In this document: in pieces, positions 1-11,919 of the stretch
Numbering within the stretch: the stretch's first letter is position 1
Layout: every line of letters begins with the position of its first letter
Assembly (NCBI GenBank): GCA_013239625.1
Contig: MU053561.1
Coordinates: 2,868,283 to 2,932,282, forward strand
From: Lama guanicoe
Taxonomy: Eukaryota
Direction of reading: 5' to 3'
DNA length: 64,000 bases
Program-made: the position numbers and the translations under genes
Notes under the pieces: generated by a model
What the model saw: the letters and a program-made list of their open reading frames with translations, nothing else
Told to the model about the DNA's origin: nothing
Databases searched by the model: none

Positions 1-1465
1 ATTGCACCAGCGGATCCTTCTCTGTCATATTTGCTATCCGTCTTCCTTTCTAAATGTTATGGTTTCCTGGGGCTCAGTCCTGCCACTCCTTATCCTGACC
101 TAAACTCACACCCTCAGTGCTCTCATCAGCCTCATGGATTTAGCTATCAGTGCTATGCTGATGACTCCCAAGGGGTGTTTGCAGCCTGGACATCCCCACT
201 GGATTCTAGACTCAGACATCCAACTGCCTACTTGACATCCTAATCTGAATGTCCATATGACAGTTCAGATTGCACATGATTGTACCAGTTATCTATTGCT
301 CCATCACAAATCCTAAAGCTTACTGGCAGTGTGGACAGACTCAGCTGGATGGTTTGCCTGCTGGCTCTCAGGAGACTGAAGTCCTCTGGAGGATTTACTT
401 GGACTGGACAGTTTAAGATGCCCTCATTACATGTCTGACCGTCAGTCGAAGCCCTTGGTTGTCCTCCATATGACTCTCCTACAGAACAGCCTGGGCTGCT
501 TCTATGGCTGAAGCAGCCTTCTAAGAGGACAAGTCCCAATGTACAAACCCCAGTGCATGACTAATTGAGGGCCATTGAGGTCTTAACCTCTCATAATGTC
601 CAAAACAGAACTCCTAGCACTTACCATAAATGGCGACTTTATCCTTTGGCTCAGGCCAATTCTGCAACTCCTCTCTTGTTTCCACAGTTCTCATGGACTC
701 CATCATCAAATTCTGTCAGCTCCTTCTATAAAACCGTATCCTGAATCCAGCCTCTTCTCGCCACCTCCTTTCTACCACCGGATCCAGGCCACCTCCATGT
801 CTATTACACTGGCTTTTAGTTGGTTTCCCTGCTGCCACTCTGACCCCTGTGGTCTGTTACCAAATTGTCAGCCTGAGCAACCCTGTTCAAACATTAATTG
901 GATGATTTCACTGCTCTCCTTAAAACTCTCCCAAGTTTTTACAATGGTCAACAAGTTCCTACATGATTGCACTCCTTGCTACCACCCTTCCCTCCTGCAC
1001 ACACATAACATTACCTCTATGACCTCATTTCCAAATATTCTCCCTTCTTCACTTAGCTGCAGCCATGCCAGAATCCCAGATGCTTCTCAGCCATACCTGG
1101 TGCACTCCTGGCTGAGGGCCTTTGCACTTGCTGTCCCCCTGCTCAGAAGCCTCTTCCCTCAGACATCTGCAGGCTGGACTCTTCATTCAAATGTCAATTT
1201 CCAGGGAGTGTCAACTGATTTAAAATTGCTGCCCCCCTCCGCCAGCACTCCCGTCCCTTCCCTGGTTTTCTTCTTCTCACAGCCCGTTTTAACATCTGAC
1301 ATCCTACCTGCTTTACTTGTTCATTTGTTTCTTGTCTGTCTCTCCCTCTGAGAATGTTAACTCCATGAGAGCAGGTTTTCTTTTTGTCTGTTTTGGTCCC
1401 CCAGCACCCAGAACAGAGCCTGGCATTTAGTAGGTGTTTTTTCAGATTTGTTAAGTGACTGAATT
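1..1465 (+). mobile_element. L2 LINE 3' region (fragmented)
   Basis: TATGCTGATGACTCCCAA (RT YADD remnant, ORF 31..243); CCTTTGCACTTGCTGTCCCC; L2-type 3' end CCTGGCATTTAGTAGG...TGAAT. Confidence 0.75.
280..560 (-). mobile_element. MaLR (MLT1-like) LTR fragment interrupting L2
   Basis: TGTACCAGTTATCTATTGCT terminus; the L2 flanks rejoin across it. Confidence 0.55.
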
Positions 1466-2675
1466 CATTGAGCATTCACTCTGTGCTACGGATTTCAGCC
1501 AGTGTCTTACCCCTGAACTCCCCATGCTAACCCTAGTAACCAAGAACTACGATCTCTCCTCGTATACAGCAGGTGCTATTGTCTCCATTTTGCAGATGAA
1601 GAAACTGAGGCTGGCTAGTTAAGTAAGTCACCTGAGGTCACACAGCTGGCAAAGGAAGAAGCTCTTCCCCAGCAAGTGGAACGGTCATTTGCCTTCCCCA
1701 GTTTGCTCACGGCCCAGAGGTGGGGTGGGCAGCATCTTTGGGTGGTATTCCTTTCTTTGGGTGACTGCCTTGCTAGAGTTCCATTGTGTTCCAAATCCGC
1801 AGTTATGAAAGAAAAGGAGAAGGAGGAGGAGGAAGAGAAGAAGAAAGTGTTGGGAGAGAAAGGGATGGAGAAGGTGGTGGAAGGGCGGGATCAGGGGCCA
1901 TCCAGCTGCCTCCTGGCTTGACAGTAGAACACAGGACCACCCAGAAGGCATGGGAGGAGGACTCATGTGTGCTCCCCTCCGCATCCCCCAGCTCATGGTG
2001 TGCCTTTCAAACCTGGCAGTGAGGTCTGACTTGGTTTTCCTTCATGGTAACCACTGGATTCTCAGGCAGAAAACACGCCTTTTTGTAAGCAGCAGCTGCA
2101 GAACTTTTAGAATAAACCTTGCCCACCCCATCTCCTGCCCCGGGCGGCTTTGCTCATTGCCCTCCCCCCAGCTGGCGTCAGGCAAGATGAGGCCCCACTC
2201 AGATCTGGGGTGGAGCTGGGAAAGGGTTGTCAGCCCCCACCACTGCACAGACCAGAACGGCTCTGCGGTGGGTGAGGATGAAAGGGAACCTCTGGCTGGC
2301 TGACATCTGGCGGCCAGGAGTGGGCCGTGGGCTGGGAGAGCCCTGCCGAGCTCCGCAGGGCGGCCATTGCTGCAACGGAGGCTACTCTGTTCTTGTGACT
2401 GATGCACATGCACATATTTAAAAAAAAATTTTTTTTTGAACAGTTTAGGTCCAAGAGAGACGGCTGTGGTTGATAGTGTCTAGAGAAAAATGGCAACTAC
2501 TGTGTTTGGGTTATCATATGACAGCTCACAAAGAAAGGGGCTTTGTTCTATGATTGGTTTCTCTAGTCAATTAAATGTGTAATATCTCCATGAGGTCCCT
2601 GCTGTTTAAGTAGAGATACTTCAGACACATTTCTCAGACATCCAGGTGATTACTTAATTTAAGGTTCGTTTGTTC

Positions 2676-2683
2676 TTTTCTTT

Positions 2684-2718
<35 letters not shown>

Positions 2719-2831
2719 CTCTCTCTTTCTTTCTTTCTTTCTCTCTCTCTTTCTTTCTTTCTTTCTCTCTCTCTTTCTTTCTTTCTCTCTCTCTCTTTCT
2801 TTCTTTCTCTCTCTTTCTTTCTTTCTTTCTT

Positions 2832-2862
<31 letters not shown>

Positions 2863-2930
2863 CTCTCTCTCTTTCTTTCTTTCTTTCCTTCTCTCTCTCT
2901 CTCTTCCTTCTTTCTTCTTTCTTTTCCTCC
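2676..2930. repeat. Compound (TTTC)n/(TC)n microsatellite, pyrimidine tract continuing to ~3042
   Basis: About 250 nt essentially only C/T; source of the spurious ORFs 2654..3043 and 2670..3059. Confidence 0.95.
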
Positions 2931-3639
2931 CGTTTTGCTCCTTCCTTCATTCCTTCCCCTCTCCCAATTTTTCTTCTTTGGTTCATCTTCTCTTTTCCAA
3001 GTTCTTTTCTTCCCTTTCTGCTGCTCCCCATCCCCTTTTCCATAAATAGAAAATTATAAGTGAGGAAAGAAGGGAAAGAGGAGAGGGGTCAGAGAAGTAC
3101 TGTAGAAATCACAAGTGATTACACAGGAGGCTAGTTAACATCCATGTGTGATCACTTGTGCTTTGAACCTAAGGTGTACGTGTGGGTTCCTAAACACTGT
3201 CAGCTTCACTCAGAGCCTCCGTGGAGATGCTGTCCCTGATCAAGTCCCAAGGACCATGAAATCTGGGCTGGGTGGGATGTGGGGAAGACAGAGAGATGGG
3301 CAGCGGTGGTAGAGAGCCAGGGGACTTCATGGATGGAACTAAAAAAGCAGGCTCTTGGGTACAAGAAGAAACAAAAAAATTGACCTCCTGCTTGTTTTTG
3401 TGAACCATCCATACAAAGCAGCTGGGAAGCGAAGCAGAGGCTGTGGATAAAGTCACCCAGAAGGAAACTTATGAAATGCCCCAACCTCTGGATGCTGTGA
3501 CTTCCTGGAGCCCAGAGGCTGGGGGTCCACTCTGCAGGCTTGAGGGCATAGTCCCAGGTATTTGTGTAAACACTCTTTCATCCAGCCCATAAAGCTTTAG
3601 CTAAGGGCCCACCTGCCAGGGGCCAGGCTCAGCTCAGGG

Positions 3640-4780
3640 AGTGAAAGGCACAGTTACATCAGACAGTCTCTGACCTCAAGAAACTCACTAGCTAAATCAC
3701 ACAAGTAAACGCATAACCTTAATTAGTGGGGAAGCACTACCTTAGAGGTCTGCATAGCTTTCACAGATGATGAACTCAGTGCTAGAAGGAGGCAGGTAGG
3801 GAGAGAGGAGGAAGGGGGCTTCATAGAGAAACTGATGCTTCATTTGTTCCTACAAGAAGGGTGAGTGTTGGTCAGGTTAATAGGTAGTGGAAGGTGAGAC
3901 GGTGCACCTGGCAGAATCACAGGCACATATAAGGGCACGTCCAGGAAACCGTAGGTAACTGGGTAAGACTGTATCGTAGTGGGAAGGATCAAGAGCCTAG
4001 AGAAGTTGGAGTAAGCTCAAAGAAGGTGTTGGGGGGTACTTGGGGGAGGTGCCTGTAACCCATTCTAAGGAATCTGACTCTTCTGTAAGCAATTGGCAAC
4101 TCCAGAAGGGTCTCATCTGCACTTTGGAAAGATGCGTACTTTAGAAGGATGAATGAGCAGGGAGTGAGCCCACCAGCTGGGAGCCCAGGTGGGAAACCAT
4201 GGCAATAGTCTAGAAGGAGGTGATGAAGCCCCAAGCAAGGGCAGAAGCCATAAAAACAGAAAGGAACACATCGCTTTGAAAGATATTGAGGAGGGAGAAT
4301 CAGCAGTCCTTGTTACCAACAGGACTTGGAAAGTGAGAAGCCTGAAATTAATCCCAAGGTTCTGACTTCTATGATTGAGTGAAAAGTGCATCATTAACTG
4401 AGAGAGGAAATTGAGGAGAAAAAATAGTTTAGAGGGAAAAATGAGCTAAGTTTTGGGCATGTTCAGTCTATGATCTGGTAGAATATTTCTTTATTTTTTA
4501 TTGAAGTGTAGTCAGTAACAATGTGTCAATTTCTGGTGTACAGCAAAAAGTCCCAGTCATGCATATATATACATATATTCTTTATCATATTCTTTTTCAT
4601 TAAAGGTCATTACAAGATATTGAATATAGTTCCTTCTGCAGGTAGAAAATTTCAAAAGGCTATTGGCTTTATAGGGGTAAAGCTCGGAAAAAAAGAACTG
4701 TGCTGAAAATGTCAATTAAGGAGTTGTCTACTGAGAGAGAAGCAGAGACCACATGAAGACTAGAGGAGAACGGAATCATA
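3640..4780 (-). mobile_element. L2 fragment
   Basis: Purine-rich L2 antisense motifs (GAGCTAAGTTTTGGGCATGTT, GCAATAGTCTAG..GGAGGTGATGA); contains the L1 insert at 4490. Confidence 0.55.
4490..4637 (-). mobile_element. 5'-truncated lineage-specific L1 3' end inserted in L2
   Basis: T-run then ATTGAAGTGTAGTCAGT...TGTGTCAATTTCTGGTGTACAGC; TSD GGTAGAATATTTC (4477-4489) / GGTAGAAAATTTC (4641-4653); reverse-complement homologous to ~10180-10325. Confidence 0.8.
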
Positions 4781-6850
4781 CAGAGAGTACACGGGAGTGG
4801 GGAGCTAGTCTGACCTTTTTCTCACACCCCATGTCCTGTCAGCTCTCCCTTCAAAGTATATCCTGAATTCACTTCTCACCACCTCCATCACCACCCCAGT
4901 GTAAGCCTCCATCATCTTGCACCTGGACATTGCAATAATCTACTAATTGGTCTCCTTGCTCCTATTTTTACTTCCCTGTAGCCTATTTCCTATACAACAG
5001 CCAGATTGGACTTTTAAAAATGTGAACTAAGTCATGTCACTCTAATGCTGTTGACCATCCAATGGTTTCCCTTGACACACAGAATAAAGCCCCAATTCCC
5101 ATCCCATATGATCTGTCTTGCTTGGTGTGAGATGTTTTGCTTGGTCTTCTTTTCTGAACTCACCTGTCACCTCTCTGCTCCCTCTGCTTCCGCCACACTG
5201 ACTTTCTCTCTCTCAAACATGCCCCAGGACCTTTGCACTTGTTTCCCCCTCAACACAGAATGCTCTTCCTCCATATCTTTCTACAGCTTCAAGTTCTCTG
5301 ACAAAATTTTCAAGTTTGCATTCCATTTCTTTGCACATAGTAAGCATAGTTATTCTGTCCACTATGTGGGATAAATCCAATAGCTTAGGGTTTTGTGGGC
5401 CTGTTTTTGTTTTCTGCTGTTTCTGCTGGTTCTCACTCACACAGTCTTATTTCTTGGTTATATCTGACTATAGGCTGGAGATTTCATTTTAGAATAATCT
5501 GAGACCCAGGGTGATAGGATCTCCCTCCTGAAAGAATTTTCATTTGCTTCTAGAACGTACCTCGTGTTGCCCTTAGTCTGGAACCCCTTTAACAGAAGTT
5601 CTAGGCTCAAGGGCTCCTGTAGAATCCAGATGACTTGAAGTCAGGTTGCAAGTCTGAGTGAGGGCTGAGTCTGGGTTAGTTACCCTGAGGATGTAGCTCT
5701 TAGAGGGTCCCAGCTTCAAGTTCAAAGCCCCCACCTTCTTCTTGGGCTTTGGTGTTTGTCCTCTTTGCCTTATGAAGCCACCAAAAGCTCAGCTCAGTTT
5801 TGCAGATACTTGTTGCACATCGGCAGGTGTCCTCAGAGCCACAGTGGCCCTGGGGATTCCACTATATTGTTGCTTGACTGCTTTTTTTCCTCTTAAATAC
5901 GTAGCATTTTAAGCATATTAAGGGTTAAATAGACTTGCGTGTCAGCCTGGAAATATAATCACCATTTATTATTTTACTCTTATGGGAAAATATGTTTTGA
6001 GTTCCAAATAATTAACTTCCAAGTGAACTTTTGGAAACTGTCAGCTGGGCTCATATATATTTGGGTGAGATTTGCCAATGTCTTTGCACTCTTTTATAGA
6101 AACAGGCAACCTGCCAGGCAGAGCAGGCCAGACAGCCCTGGAGTTCAGTGGGGTAACAGATGTCTCAGAGAGAGCACCCTCACACCCAGGAGGCTCTGTT
6201 CTGCTCTAAGTTTATGGTTGTTTGGATTCTTAGAATCTTCGATCTCTGGTGACACACCTTCCCCTGTGTGAGCACAGAAGCTCGATGATCAAACTAACAT
6301 TTTTTTCACCAGTGAGGCCAAGCCAAATTCTTAAGAGTCCTCCACCAGGGTGACAGCATGGTTCAAAGTGGCAGCCAGCCCTGGCAGCCAGCCCAGCTGC
6401 CCTGGGACATTGAGAGAGAGCGAGAGAGAGAGATCGGGGTCAGCCAATCTAACTCAGAGGAGTCACTCCAACATGACAAGTGTTGTGGCACTCAGCCTGA
6501 GCTCAAAATCCTTGCCTACCCACAGGCTCTGGGTTCTTTCCATTCTCCAGCAAAGGGAAAGAGTGCAGAGAGAGAGAGAGAGAGAGAGCCCAGGCGGTGA
6601 GCCAGAGCTATGTGCCGGGAAGCCGATCAAAGGCTGTTGTTGGGGTAAAAAAAAAAGTCGAGATTTGCTGAGATTTTGGATAAGAGGAACAAGATTTGCG
6701 GTGGGAAGGGTCAGGAGCCTCTTGACCATGGTCAGGACTAGGTTCAGCATGGAATATTGGTGGAAAAGATGAGCTCTTCTAATTCTTTCGATCTAGGTGA
6801 CTTGCTATTGTAGTTGAGGGACCTACCCGTCAAAATCAGAAATGAACTTG

Positions 6851-7209
6851 CCGGAAGGGGGAAGGGGAGGGGATAATTCAGTGATAGAACGCGGGCTTAG
6901 CATGCACGAGGTCCTGGGGACTGAACCCAGGATCTCGTACCCCCATTAAAAAAATAAGTAAGTAAAAGGGGAGGAGGTTATAGCTCAAGTGGTAGAGTGC
7001 GTGTTTAGCCAAAAAAATAAAATCAACCTAAAAATAAATAAACCTAATTACCTACCCCCTGCCAAAAAGATAAAATAAAGAAGTGAATTAAAAAACCAAA
7101 TTACCTCCCCCTTCAAAAATAAATAAATCTATAAAAATAAAAATAAAAAATAAAATAAACTAATTACCTCCCCCACCAAATTTTAAATAAAAAAATAAAT
7201 TTTTAAAGA
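6851..7209 (+). mobile_element. Composite tRNA-Ala-derived SINE (camelid Vic-1-like): two heads plus repeated tail
   Basis: Heads at ~6864 and ~6967 (TAGCTCAAGTGGTAGAGTGCGTG); A-rich tail with three AATTACCT(A)CCCC motifs; 13-bp TSD AGAAATGAACTTG at 6838-6850 and 7210-7222. Confidence 0.85.
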
Positions 7210-9269
7210 AGAAATGAACTTGGACAGAGGAGATGGAATCATGAATTTGTGAAAATCCGTCATAAAATTTTGAGCTGGAAGAGCCAATAAAAGCCATCTA
7301 GTCCCATCTTACACCAATGCTTAGAAACGGATCATCTGGATAGGGCCTGGGAATCTGTATTTAATGCCTCCGGAGTAATGCATGCACTGCCAGTTTGGGA
7401 CCTTCTGACTGGTCTGACCGACCCCATTTTACAGAACAAGAAACTTGGGTTCAGAGAGGTCAAAAGACAGTATAAACAACAGAGCCTGGATTGAGCTAGA
7501 ATTTCTGGTTCCTGGTTCCCAGCTCCTGGGACTGTGTGATGTTCATAATTAGTGAAGAGAACTAACCACCGGGAATTTTGGTAAGTTCTTTCTCCACACG
7601 GGCTCATTTCATCCTTACAAGCCCCCTGTGAGGGCATGTGCTATTGTTACCTCCTTTACCAATGGGAACCTTGGCGAGGAATGTCAAGTAATTTGATCAG
7701 AGTTGAGTGTCAATAAATGCAGATCTGGGATGCAGACCCAGGCATTCTTCCCCAGTCCACTGTTCTCTGTCAGACAGAGAATCAGCAAGCACAGCTGTGG
7801 GGTTTTGTGGAAGAAGGAGAATGTTTGCTGAATAGAATAGGTTTACCCCTCTGGGATAAACCAACATTCAGAGTTGGGTTGGGGGTGAGGGGGCAAATCC
7901 AGACCCTGTTATAACGCTAGATGGTACCCACCTGTGGGGAAAGCTTGCGGGATCTACCCGCTTGCCACCCTGATCTCAAGATATCATCATCAACTCTATT
8001 TTTTTTTTTAAAGACAGATGGTACCCTATTCCTAGTCTTCAGCTCTGGGGATCCTCGCCTGTGTAGGAGGGTAATCACTGAGAAGAAAGCTTCTACCAGG
8101 AGGACTGTTCAGGGGCACTTTGAGCTCCGACTTGGCTGTTTAGGGAGGTGGGGAGGACTTGCTCTCTCCACCTGGCATTTCAGCGTGCATTAGGAGCAAT
8201 TAACATTGGGGCTTGTGAGCACGCAGTATCAGGCTATCTTTAGGCAAAATGCCTTCTCTTCGACTTTCACTTGACAAAAGAGAACTTGGCTAATGCTCCT
8301 CCCACCTTTTTTTTTTTTTGCATTTAAAAAAACGTAACTTTATTTCAGTTGTGATTTTGTATCAGTCTTCTGATTGCAGCCGCAACAGGTCCGGAGACCT
8401 CAAAACAGTGAGAACCACTTGGCTATATCATATCCACATAGAAATTTTACTTCTGTTCCCCTACAGGGTTTATTTTTAAACATCAGCTTCCAACAAAGAA
8501 AATCAGAAGAATTCGACAAACATCTGAATTTTCTGCTTTTCTCAAAAAGTGGGAAAATCCGTCACCACTGGACCCTTGTTCCCAAGTGCAGTGCTTTGCT
8601 GGAGCTGTGCTTTGGTAGGTAGGCTTCTGTGTTTAACTCCCTGGGGGAGAAGATTAAGGCGTCTTCCAAAGCGTTCAAAATATGAACCTGATTCCGGGCC
8701 AGTTTGGGAGAGGCTTCAACATTCCAGCGTAAGATGTTTTGAAGCAAGCTGCTAACATCCAGCCCAGGCATCAGACAGATTTGCTGACGGGGAACTTCTG
8801 TCCCCTATTCTCCCTGGACGCTTCTCCTTGCTTTAAGACTTGACTCTTTCTCTGCCTGTGGATGAGCTTCTGAAAGCACCACTGTTCAGCGCTTACATCA
8901 CTTACTTGTTTCTATGTTAGAAGCGCAGAGGCATTCTTTTAATTGTACTTTACTCTGCCTGTCCTAGAGTTAGCACAGTTCTTTGAACAGCTTAGACGGT
9001 GGAAATTGGAAAGACACTAGACGGGAACTGGCCATATTACATCTTGCGGGGGGGAGGCGGGTGATGGAAGTCCAGGGTTGACGGATCATCCAGAGGAATA
9101 CCAAGGGACCAGGTGGTTGGAGGTAGGTAAGGTTGAGAAGGGATAATTGAGTACAGGGTTCAAGGATGGAGGAAGTAGCCTGGGCAGAAGTCTGGTCTTG
9201 GAGAAGGTGCTGGGCAGAACTTGGTGGGGTCTGAGAGCTTCATTACAGGTTGAATCTTCTGGGAGATTC

Positions 9270-9930
9270 CTTGACTCTTCTCTTTCTCTCCCCCTCCATA
9301 TCCAAGTCTCCAGAAAATTCCATTGAATCTACTTTCAGAATGCTTCCAGAAGCCACCCATTTCTCACAACCCATATCTCTACCACCCTAGTCTGAGCCGT
9401 GGTCATCTTTCACCTGTGCAATGACAAAAGCCTCCTTTTCAGTGTCCCTCCTCCAGCCTCCTCCCCATGCTCTATTTGCCCCCTGCAGCCAGAGTGACCC
9501 AAACTGCACCCTGGCCTGCAAGGTCCTCGAGGATTTGGCCTCTGCAACCTCCCTGATAGCATTTCTCCCTCTCCTTCTCTTCCATGCCATTTCAGACACA
9601 CTATCACACCTTCTGTTTTCAGAGCATCTTAAGGGGCTTTCTTCTTGCTGTTCCCTGAGTTTGGAAGGCTCTTCCTCTAGAAATGTCCAAAGCTTACTCC
9701 CTCCTTCTATTTAGGTCTCTGCTTAAATGTCACTCCCTTTGAAAGGGCTTCCCTGGCCACTTACCTAGAGCAGAATCCCCCTCCTTACCTCCCTCCTTTC
9801 CCCTCCATACACCTTTAATTCCCTTATGCCACTTTTTCTCAGAACATATCACATTGTGTCATAGATTTTCTTGTTTCATTGTGTTTCCCACAAGAATGTA
9901 AGCAGCATGAGAGCAGAGACTTTTCTTTGT
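9270..9930 (+). mobile_element. L2 fragment
   Basis: TAGGTCTCTGCTTAAATGTCAC; AGAATGTAAGCAGCATGAGAGCAGAGAC. Confidence 0.6.
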
Positions 9931-10007
9931 CAATAAATAACTGGAGGTGTCAGCAGATAAGAAGTGGGAGAGGCCAGTATCAGTAGGAGAAAAGAGGTAA
10001 TATTTAA

Positions 10008-10331
10008 CACTATGAACTCATCTACAAAACAGAAACAGACTCACAGACTTAGTAAACAATCTTATGGTTACCGGAGAAAGTGGGTGGGAGGGGATAAATT
10101 TGGGAGTCTGAGATTCACAAATGTTAGCCACTATATATAAAAATAGATTTAAAAAAAGTTTCTTTTGTATAGCACAGGAAACTATGTTTGGTGTCTTGTA
10201 GTAACCTTTAATGAAAAAAAATATGAAAACGAATATACGTATGTATATGCATGACTGGGACATTGTGCTGTGCACCAGAAATTGACACATTGTAATTTAC
10301 TGTACTTCAATTAAAAAAAAAAAACAAAAAA
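10008..10331 (+). mobile_element. Lineage-specific L1 3' end
   Basis: ACAGAAACAGACTCACAGAC...ATGGTTACC...GGGATAAATTTGGGAG...TATAGCACAGG...CACCAGAAATTGACACA then an A-tail. Confidence 0.85.
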
Positions 10332-10699
10332 CCCCAAGAAGAGATTTTCAATACAATACTTGGCAGACGTGATAAATATTTAATTTAATTCGATTCAGTT
10401 GAAGTATTTATAGTGTAATTACTGTACGCAGATCATAATGCCAAGAGTTGTTTGGAATAATGATAATTAAAGGGCAGATCCTGCCCACAAGGAATTTACA
10501 ACCAAGGGAGAGGGGTGAGGGCAAATAAGACCCTTTGTTAGTTTTGCACCCCCGGAGCATGTCCTGTATTTCTTTGCTTCCTGGGAGGGGTATTAACTTT
10601 TTTTTTTCATGAGTGAATTATCAGTCTATTTCTTTACTAAATCCTTTTACTGTCACAATGTCCAATAGGTGAAAAATACCTTACAAACCCACAGCCCCT

Positions 10700-11612
10700 T
10701 TCTGAGTTCTGAACTCCATTCTACCTCCCACTCTCACCCCAATTATTTTTGGGACATCTTCATTTGCATATCTCTTGAGCATCTCAAACTCAATACACCC
10801 AGCCTGATCCTTTGTATTCTGATCTCAGTTGCTGAGGTTGCCCTGGTTTTTCTGCCCCATTCCTCACCCTCAGCCTGGCGTTCCCCAGAGCCTGACTCCT
10901 GACCCGCTCATTCCTCTCCCTGTTGCTACTCCCGGGGTCCTGGTCACCATCATCTCCTGTCTGGACGTTTAGTAACACCCTGTAGCCTCCTGTAGAACGC
11001 CCCGCCCATCCATCCTCCACACGGAGGCCAGAGCGTTCTTTCTAGAATGCATATCTGATAACAATACTACTTTACTCAGAATCTGCAGGGGCTAAAGTCC
11101 AAAACCCCTTACATAGCATACAGAGCCCTCCAGGTTCTGACACCTGATTTCTTCTCTACTCATTTCCAGCCACTTCTTTCTTACAGATGAGTTTGGGCCC
11201 AACAGAGGATTCTGGTCCTCTAACTGGGCCACCATTTTTCTTCCCTCTGGGCCTTTGAGGAGACTGATTCCAGGGCCTGCGAGTCCTCTCCTCCCTCCTC
11301 GATCTTCCTCTGGTGCTTCCTTCTGCTCCTTTGGATTCTACCCAGGTTTCGTTTCCTCTGAGAAGCCTTCCCTGCCCCTGCCCTGCCCTGCCCAAACCCC
11401 CCTCTTCCTCACGTCCTGACCCAGGAACACAGGGTCCAGGGCCTCGCATGTATTGCCTCAACCCTGTTCTTTTCTCTCCATACCTATTTTATTGTCTCCT
11501 TAGTAGACTGCAGGCTCTGGGAGGGCAGGGCTCTCCTTTTCTACCTCAGTCACCTTGCGCTTCCGTGCTCACCCAGCACGTGCGTGTGTTGGACAAGTAT
11601 TGAATGAATGAA
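10700..11612 (+). mobile_element. L2 fragment ending TGAATGAATGAA
   Basis: GCATCTCAAACTCAA; TTCTAGAATGCATATCTGAT; terminal ATTGAATGAATGAA repeat. Confidence 0.6.
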
Positions 11613-11647
11613 AATGCATTTGCTTAGATAGGACTGCTCCTCATAAA

Positions 11648-11870
11648 ATAATCATAGCTTACATTTACCGAGTGCCTCAGATGTGGCAGGCGCCATCCTA
11701 CGTGTTTTACAGTGTGTCATGGACATCTCATGTAACCCTATTAAGTGTAGGCCGTTTCCGTATATAACAGGTGGGGAAACAGATACAGAGATATTAAGTA
11801 ATTTGGCCAAGGTCGGCAGCGGGGAAGTGGAGGAACCCGGGTTAGAACCCGGACTGTTTCCCCGTCTAGG
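11648..11870 (-). mobile_element. MIR at CpG-island shore
   Basis: ACATTTACCGAGTGCC...ACAGGTGGGGAAACAGATACAGAG..TTAAGTAATTTGGCCAAGGTC...GGTTAGAACCCGG. Further MIRs at ~1570-1655, 7420-7750, 12985-13080, 17570-17740, 31540-31680, 48400-48545, 54500-54630, 55420-55550. Confidence 0.7.
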
Positions 11871-11919
11871 AAATCCTGTCTCAGAGTGAAGGGCAATGTG
11901 GGGTTCCACTGTCTGAACA

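Noticed and set aside
596..1351. 251-aa ORF
   Set aside because: Lies within a degenerate L2; no splice or promoter support.
2654..3059. KERK-rich and FLSF-rich 129-aa ORFs
   Set aside because: Translations of the microsatellite.
4521..10290. Two similar short ORFs (MCQFLVYSKKSQSCIY / MCQFLVHSTMSQSCIY) suggesting a gene pair
   Set aside because: Both are antisense readings of the same L1 3'UTR family.
5000..11600. Orthologue of MIR320B1, which I recall lying upstream of human IGSF3
   Set aside because: I could not find the miR-320 mature sequence on either strand by eye; a BLAST search would be needed to exclude it.
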